A stretch of 11,391 nt of DNA from Planctomycetota bacterium (lineage in GTDB: Bacteria; Planctomycetota; GCA-002687715; DRQF01), in contig JALTLO010000048.1 of the NCBI GenBank assembly GCA_027001995.1, positions 1-11,391 on the forward strand, in the 5' to 3' direction. The notes beneath the pieces were generated by a model. That model did not search any database. It had not been told where the DNA came from and saw only the letters and a list, made by a program, of their open reading frames with translations. Of this stretch, positions 6,752-11,391 are shown one piece after another (position 1 is the stretch's first letter; the number at the start of each line of letters is the position of its first letter). The position numbers and the translations under genes were made by a program.

Positions 6752-8665
6752 ATGGGTGAACAGAACGTCAATGAGTCCCATCAGTCTGAGGAACTTCGCG
6801 CATTTGTGCGTCATGTCCTGCGGGATCTACAGGCATTGGAAGTCATGATCAAGTCTGGGGCTATCGAATCTGACGTTGTACGCATTGGTGCTGAGCAAGA
6901 ATTTTTTCTGTTGGACTCTTCGTATCGCGCCGCCCCTGTTTGCGAGCAGATGCTCCCTCTATTGAAGGATGTGGGTGTCACACCAGAATTGGCGCGTTTT
7001 AATATTGAACTCAATGCCCCTCCCTTTGAGTACGTGGGTAGCTGCTTGAGTGACTTAGAGAACTTTCTCAATGAGGGCACGGAGAGGATCCGCGAAGCGG
7101 CAAAACAGTGCGATGCTTCCATCCTGCTCACAGGCATCTTGCCCACGCTGACGATCTCAGACCTTGATATGAAAAACATGACCGACTCACCTCGGTATCG
7201 AGCTTTCGATCAAGCCTTACGTCGGCTTCGAGGAGGTGCTTTCGAGTTTCGCATCAAAGGCACGGATGAGTTGGTTTTGAGTCATGACTCGGTCATGATC
7301 GAGGCTTGCAATACTTCGTTTCAGGCTCATATTCAGGTCTCGCCAGCTACTTTTGCCGAGTCTTACAACATTGCGCAACTCGTTGCGGCTCCGGTGCTGG
7401 CTGCTGGGACGAATTCTCCTGTCTTATTTGGTCAGAGGCTTTGGCGTGAGACGCGGCTAGCCTTGTTTCAGCAATCCATGGACACTCGGAAGGCATCTCG
7501 TCACCAACGAGAGACAAGTCCCCGTGTCAGTTTTGGCAGCAAGTGGGTCAACAATGATGTCTTAGAGATCTTGCGAGAAGACATCGCTCGTTTCCGCGTG
7601 CTTTTGGGAATGCACATTGAAGAGAATCCTTTTGACGCCATCGAAGCTGGCAGGCCGCCGGAGCTGAACGCCCTTAAACTTCACAACGGCACAGTCTATC
7701 GCTGGAATCGGCCCTGCTATGGGGCTGCTGACGGCAAGGCCCATCTTCGTATCGAGAATCGGCTCTTACCAGCGGGGCCCAGTGTTGTCGATCAAGTGGC
7801 GAACATGGCCTTCTGGATGGGATTAATGATTGGCGGAAAGGAATCTTTCGAAGGCCTCAAAGAAAGGCTCAGTTTTGATGATGCCCGGGGCAACCTTACG
7901 GATGCCGCCCGCCATGGCATGGGGGCGCATTTCTCCTGGCTGGATGGTACGCAACCAAGCGCACAAGAGCTCATACTCGACCAACTCTTGCCCATTGCCC
8001 ATGGCGGTTTGACTTCGCGAGATGTGGATCAAGGAGACATCCGCAAGTACCTGGGGATCATTGAGAAACGTGTGGCTTCTGGTCTAACAGGATCTCAATG
8101 GACTTTGAGCTCCTTGGCATCCATGAAAGGGAAGGGCTCGAAGACCGAATGTCTTGCTGCATTGACTGCTGGTATGCAAAAGCGGCAGGAGAAAAATGAC
8201 CCAGTGCACACATGGAGCTTGGCGACCATCGATGAAGCTGGAGGCTGGAAGAAGCACTATCAAAGAGTCGAGCAATACATGTCGACTGAGCTTTTCACTG
8301 TGAACGAAAATGAAGCAGTCGATCTTGTTGCTTGCTTGATGGATTGGCGTCACATTCGCCATGTTCCTGTGGAGGACGACGATCATCGTTTGGTCGGTAT
8401 TGTCTCTCACCGAACCTTGCTGCGTCTGGTGGCCAATAGCTGGTCTGCGGGAAGTGGGGCTCCTGTCCCTGTCAAAGACATCATGCACACGGATCTGGTA
8501 ACGGTTGGACCTCGAGCGACCACCTTGGATGTCATCGAAGTTATGAGAACCAATAAGGTGGCTTGCCTTCCCGTCATTCAGGAAGGGCGTTTGATCGGAT
8601 TGGTCACAGAATTTGACTTAATTCGCATTGCTGCACCCATGTTAGAACGCGCTCTTCGTGAGTGA
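6752..8665 (+). CDS. Glutamate-cysteine ligase family 2 (GCS2)-like carboxylate-amine ligase fused to a C-terminal CBS pair
   Basis: GAEQE, ELARFNIE, SFQAHIQV, NSP, WNRP and LRIENR motifs of the GS/GCS fold. The C-terminal ~125 aa (VEQYMS...IRHVPV..LVGIVS...VKDIM...VACLPV...LIGLVTEFD) form two CBS repeats. GAGG lies upstream of the ATG. Confidence 0.88.
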   Translation: MGEQNVNESHQSEELRAFVRHVLRDLQALEVMIKSGAIESDVVRIGAEQEFFLLDSSYRAAPVCEQMLPLLKDVGVTPELARFNIELNAPPFEYVGSCLSDLENFLNEGTERIREAAKQCDASILLTGILPTLTISDLDMKNMTDSPRYRAFDQALRRLRGGAFEFRIKGTDELVLSHDSVMIEACNTSFQAHIQVSPATFAESYNIAQLVAAPVLAAGTNSPVLFGQRLWRETRLALFQQSMDTRKASRHQRETSPRVSFGSKWVNNDVLEILREDIARFRVLLGMHIEENPFDAIEAGRPPELNALKLHNGTVYRWNRPCYGAADGKAHLRIENRLLPAGPSVVDQVANMAFWMGLMIGGKESFEGLKERLSFDDARGNLTDAARHGMGAHFSWLDGTQPSAQELILDQLLPIAHGGLTSRDVDQGDIRKYLGIIEKRVASGLTGSQWTLSSLASMKGKGSKTECLAALTAGMQKRQEKNDPVHTWSLATIDEAGGWKKHYQRVEQYMSTELFTVNENEAVDLVACLMDWRHIRHVPVEDDDHRLVGIVSHRTLLRLVANSWSAGSGAPVPVKDIMHTDLVTVGPRATTLDVIEVMRTNKVACLPVIQEGRLIGLVTEFDLIRIAAPMLERALRE

Positions 8666-8700
8666 TTAATTTTGTTTCATTCTCATTTGCTACTTGCGCT

Positions 8701-9249
8701 TCAGGCGCCGAGGTGACTGAGACTTTCGACAAACAGCGATGCCTGCTCAAGTCGAGCTTCTGTGTCAGGGAAGAGATCATTCATTTGTTCTAAGAGCTCT
8801 TGGTCCGCATCGTCTGAGATCAATCCGGCAATATGGGGATAGAGCTCTCGTTCTTCATAGCTCAAGTGGTCGTGGCTCAAGCTGCTGTATCCCATGGCAT
8901 TCCACAGGAAAGAAGCCTTCAGTTCTCGGGTGGCGAACGAGGATGCGGCTCGCATAGCCTCAATGTAGTGCCGGCCATCTTCATGATCATGAAACAGGCG
9001 CCGACCGAGATGAGATTCTCCTGGATGAGTTCTTTGAACGTGAGCAAAGAGCACTTGCTCTTCCCGTTGATGGTGAAATTCCTCGATGAAGGAATCGATG
9101 AAGGCCACGAGTCTGTCGACGTCCCCGTGGAAGTCCTCGTTTTGCTCCAGTTCTAAGCAGATTCTTCGAAAGTGTCGAAGAAAGCGGCCGATGATTCCGT
9201 GGTCCCGTTGCAAGGACTTGAGTGTTTCGCTTTTTTGTATTTGACACAT
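8701..9249 (-). CDS. Hemerythrin-like (HHE cation-binding domain) protein
   Basis: LQRDH...FHHQREEQVLF...HDHEDGR...HLSYEERELYP gives the H / HxxxEE / H / HxxxEE di-iron pattern in a helical-looking protein. Confidence 0.88.
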   Translation of the reverse strand: MCQIQKSETLKSLQRDHGIIGRFLRHFRRICLELEQNEDFHGDVDRLVAFIDSFIEEFHHQREEQVLFAHVQRTHPGESHLGRRLFHDHEDGRHYIEAMRAASSFATRELKASFLWNAMGYSSLSHDHLSYEERELYPHIAGLISDDADQELLEQMNDLFPDTEARLEQASLFVESLSHLGA

Positions 9250-9265
9250 GAATGGCTATCGCAGC

Positions 9266-9676
9266 TCAACGAGACTGGGAATTGCGCAGTATTTCGTACG
9301 CTTTTAACATGGGTTCCGCCAGGTCCAGGGCGCTAATAACACCCACAGCAGACTTGCCTTCCATCACCAAGACATGATGAATCCGGTTTTCTTTCATGAG
9401 GGATGCAACCTCCGGAATGGTCGAATCCGGAGAGCAGCTGATCACCGCCGGACTCATGGCCTCCAAAGCCTGAGAATCGCGCCAATCGCCATCACCGCTG
9501 AAACTGAAATGAACTAAATCGGTTTTACTTATGATCCCTCGAAGTTCGCCATTTTCATGAACTATGGGAAGAACGGATATGCGACGTGTTTCCATCGTTG
9601 CCGCGACTTCCGACAGGGATGTTTCCCCGATGGCAACGATAGGCTTTTTCATTAGGTTCTTGGCTCTTGCGAACAT
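9266..9676 (-). CDS. Stand-alone CBS domain pair protein
   Basis: AKNLM...RISVLPIV...LRGIISKTD and AMS...RIHHVLVM...VGVISALD. SD AGGGA upstream. Confidence 0.92.
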   Translation of the reverse strand: MFARAKNLMKKPIVAIGETSLSEVAATMETRRISVLPIVHENGELRGIISKTDLVHFSFSGDGDWRDSQALEAMSPAVISCSPDSTIPEVASLMKENRIHHVLVMEGKSAVGVISALDLAEPMLKAYEILRNSQSR

Positions 9677-9688
9677 GTCTTGCTTCCC

Positions 9689-10123
9689 TTAATTGCCCTG
9701 TCGTCCCAGCTCTTCAACCAGGTAGTTCTGAAGGACTTCATTTTCGGCTTGTTCGTGCTTGCGCACCTTTTCAAGGGCCTTGATGATGGAATCCTTGTAG
9801 TGATTCAAGGAGCCATCATCGTAGGATTCTGTTTCCAAGTCTTGAAATAAGGTCCTCAAATCCTTGTGATCTTTGCGGAGGGCATTGACTTGACGGGCCA
9901 GTTGAGGTGCATTGAGCAGGACTTCCCCCATATAGCCTTCATTCTCCTCGTAATCGAAATGGGCGAGAATGACTTTTCCTAATTTTCGTTGCTCCCGTTC
10001 CAAGATGTACCGAGAACGGGCTTCGTCCAAAATCTCGTTCGGAGCCATCACCAACATGATGAGGCGGTCCATGGCGTAGTCCAGGTCATGGTGCTGGGCC
10101 AAGACATTTTCTGAACGTTTCAT
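9689..10123 (-). CDS. Hemerythrin-like four-helix protein
   Basis: QHHDL...HFDYEENEGY...LRKDH...KHEQAENE. The start overlaps the regulator stop (ATGA, 10123-10120). Confidence 0.75.
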   Translation of the reverse strand: MKRSENVLAQHHDLDYAMDRLIMLVMAPNEILDEARSRYILEREQRKLGKVILAHFDYEENEGYMGEVLLNAPQLARQVNALRKDHKDLRTLFQDLETESYDDGSLNHYKDSIIKALEKVRKHEQAENEVLQNYLVEELGRQGN

Positions 10124-11391
10124 GAGTTTTCCTTTGTTCCACGTTCTTCGTGGAGGTGGAATTTTTCCATGCGATAGCGGATTTGGTCGCGGCTCATATG
10201 AAGGAGCCGTGCTGCCGCTGATTGGTTCTTCTTGCTCAGCTCTAGGGCTCGCTTGATGAGGTCCTTCTCGAAGGACTCGAAGTCTAAACCTTGAGGTCCC
10301 AAGATCATTTCAACCTTGGTCTTTGACTGGCTTCCTTCTTCCTTCGAGATGGTCCGGGGGAAGTCACTGGCACTGAGAGTGGGGCCATCGGTCAAGATCA
10401 TCGCTCGTTCGATCACATTGCGCAGTTCCCGGACGTTTCCTGGCCACGAGTGGGTCCGCAAAGCGTCTTTCATGTTGTCATCAATGCCACTGATGGGCTT
10501 GCGGAATTCAATGGCATAGGTGTTCATGAATAGGTGAGCCAAGTCGATGACGTCTTCGCTTCGATCTCGCAAGGGTGGGATTTCTACGGGGATCACAGAG
10601 AGTCGATAGAACAGATCTTCACGGAACTCTCCCTTTTTCATTTTGTCTTCGAGATCTTGGTTGGTGGCGGCAATGACACGGACATTGACTTCGATCTCCT
10701 TTGTGCCTCCAACCCGCCGGAAGGTGCGCTCTTCCAAGAAGCGGAGCAACTTGGCTTGTAGCGGTAAAGGCATGTCACCGATCTCGTCCAAGAATATCGT
10801 GCCTCCATCGGCCAATTCGAACAGGCCAGCCTTGGCGGAAACTGCCCCAGTGAACGAACCTTTTTGGTGGCCGAAAAGTTCGCTCTCCAAGAGGTTTTCG
10901 CTGAAGTCTGTGCATGTCACTGTCATCAAGGGGCGGTCTGCCCGTTCAGACGTATAGTGGAGGCGTTTGGCAACCACATTCTTGCCGGTGCCGCTCTCGC
11001 CCAAGATGATGGCGGTGGATGCGCCAGCAGCGTTGAGCTTCTTGATCATGGAGTCCAATTCCACCATCGCAAGAGACTTGCCGATGAGTGTTGGCGCCCG
11101 TTCATCGTCTTGGCTTGACAGACGTAGACGTTCTACTTCTCGGCGAAGTTTTGTGGTTTCTAAGCCCCGCTTGACATGTTCCAAAACTTCCGGGAATTCG
11201 AAGGGCTTCTTGATGTAGGTGTAGGCTCCGGCTTGCATGGCTTCGACGACTCCTTCGATGGAGCTATAGGCGGTCATCATGATGGTGACTTGGCCTGGGC
11301 ATGTGCCAGCTATGCGCTTAAGGACCTGGAGCCCGTCCAAATCTGGAAGTTTGTAGTCGAGAAGAATGAGATCAACGAAACGGTCTTCCAG
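10120..11391 (-). CDS. Sigma-54-dependent two-component response regulator (NtrC/AtoC family), 5' end outside the window
   Basis: The frame is open to the window edge: LEDRFVDLILLDYKLPDLDG (receiver Asp), MMTAY, KPF. AAA+ motifs GESGTGK, ESELFGHQKGSFTGA, FLDEIG, FREDLFYRL and WPGNVREL. Fis-type HTH NQSAAARLLHMSRDQIRYRM. Confidence 0.96.
   Translation of the reverse strand: MEDRFVDLILLDYKLPDLDGLQVLKRIAGTCPGQVTIMMTAYSSIEGVVEAMQAGAYTYIKKPFEFPEVLEHVKRGLETTKLRREVERLRLSSQDDERAPTLIGKSLAMVELDSMIKKLNAAGASTAIILGESGTGKNVVAKRLHYTSERADRPLMTVTCTDFSENLLESELFGHQKGSFTGAVSAKAGLFELADGGTIFLDEIGDMPLPLQAKLLRFLEERTFRRVGGTKEIEVNVRVIAATNQDLEDKMKKGEFREDLFYRLSVIPVEIPPLRDRSEDVIDLAHLFMNTYAIEFRKPISGIDDNMKDALRTHSWPGNVRELRNVIERAMILTDGPTLSASDFPRTISKEEGSQSKTKVEMILGPQGLDFESFEKDLIKRALELSKKNQSAAARLLHMSRDQIRYRMEKFHLHEERGTKENS

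Noticed and set aside
8666..8700. Terminator between the convergent ligase and hemerythrin genes
   Set aside because: T-rich but no GC-rich stem is visible.
10843..10860. GSFTGA in place of GAFTGA as a sign of a non-functional activator
   Set aside because: GSFTGA is a common variant that keeps the critical F and T.
873..11218. Numerous antisense and alternate-frame ORFs in the ORF track (e.g. 3199-3606, 5964-6398, 8084-8488)
   Set aside because: They lie almost wholly within well-supported genes and show no recognisable motifs or RBS.
1..11391. CRISPR array, tRNA/rRNA or tandem repeats
   Set aside because: No regularly spaced repeats or RNA gene signatures were seen, and the intergenic gaps are short.

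Overview
Bacterial DNA of moderate GC, with three blocks. (1) 1-516: the decayed 3' end of an ISL3-family insertion sequence, with three in-frame TAG stops and a recognisable right end. (2) 633-5595, all + strand: a small 4-TM membrane protein, an ABC-2-type permease and an ABC ATPase, tightly packed, then an SGNH/GDSL-fold protein and an AlgI/PatA-like MBOAT O-acyltransferase (a likely O-acylation pair). The MBOAT's conserved N-terminus begins at an ATC codon rather than ATG, inside an SD-sequestering hairpin. A similar SD/ATC/hairpin arrangement precedes the SGNH gene. (3) 5618-11391: a putative stress locus. A tandem-domain universal stress protein with a sigma-54 promoter is divergent from a GCS2 carboxylate-amine ligase fused to a CBS pair. 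That gene converges on an operon of a sigma-54-dependent response regulator (5'-truncated by the window), hemerythrin-like protein 1, a CBS-pair protein and hemerythrin-like protein 2. No rRNA, tRNA or CRISPR array was seen. All family calls come from motif recognition by eye; no database search was run.
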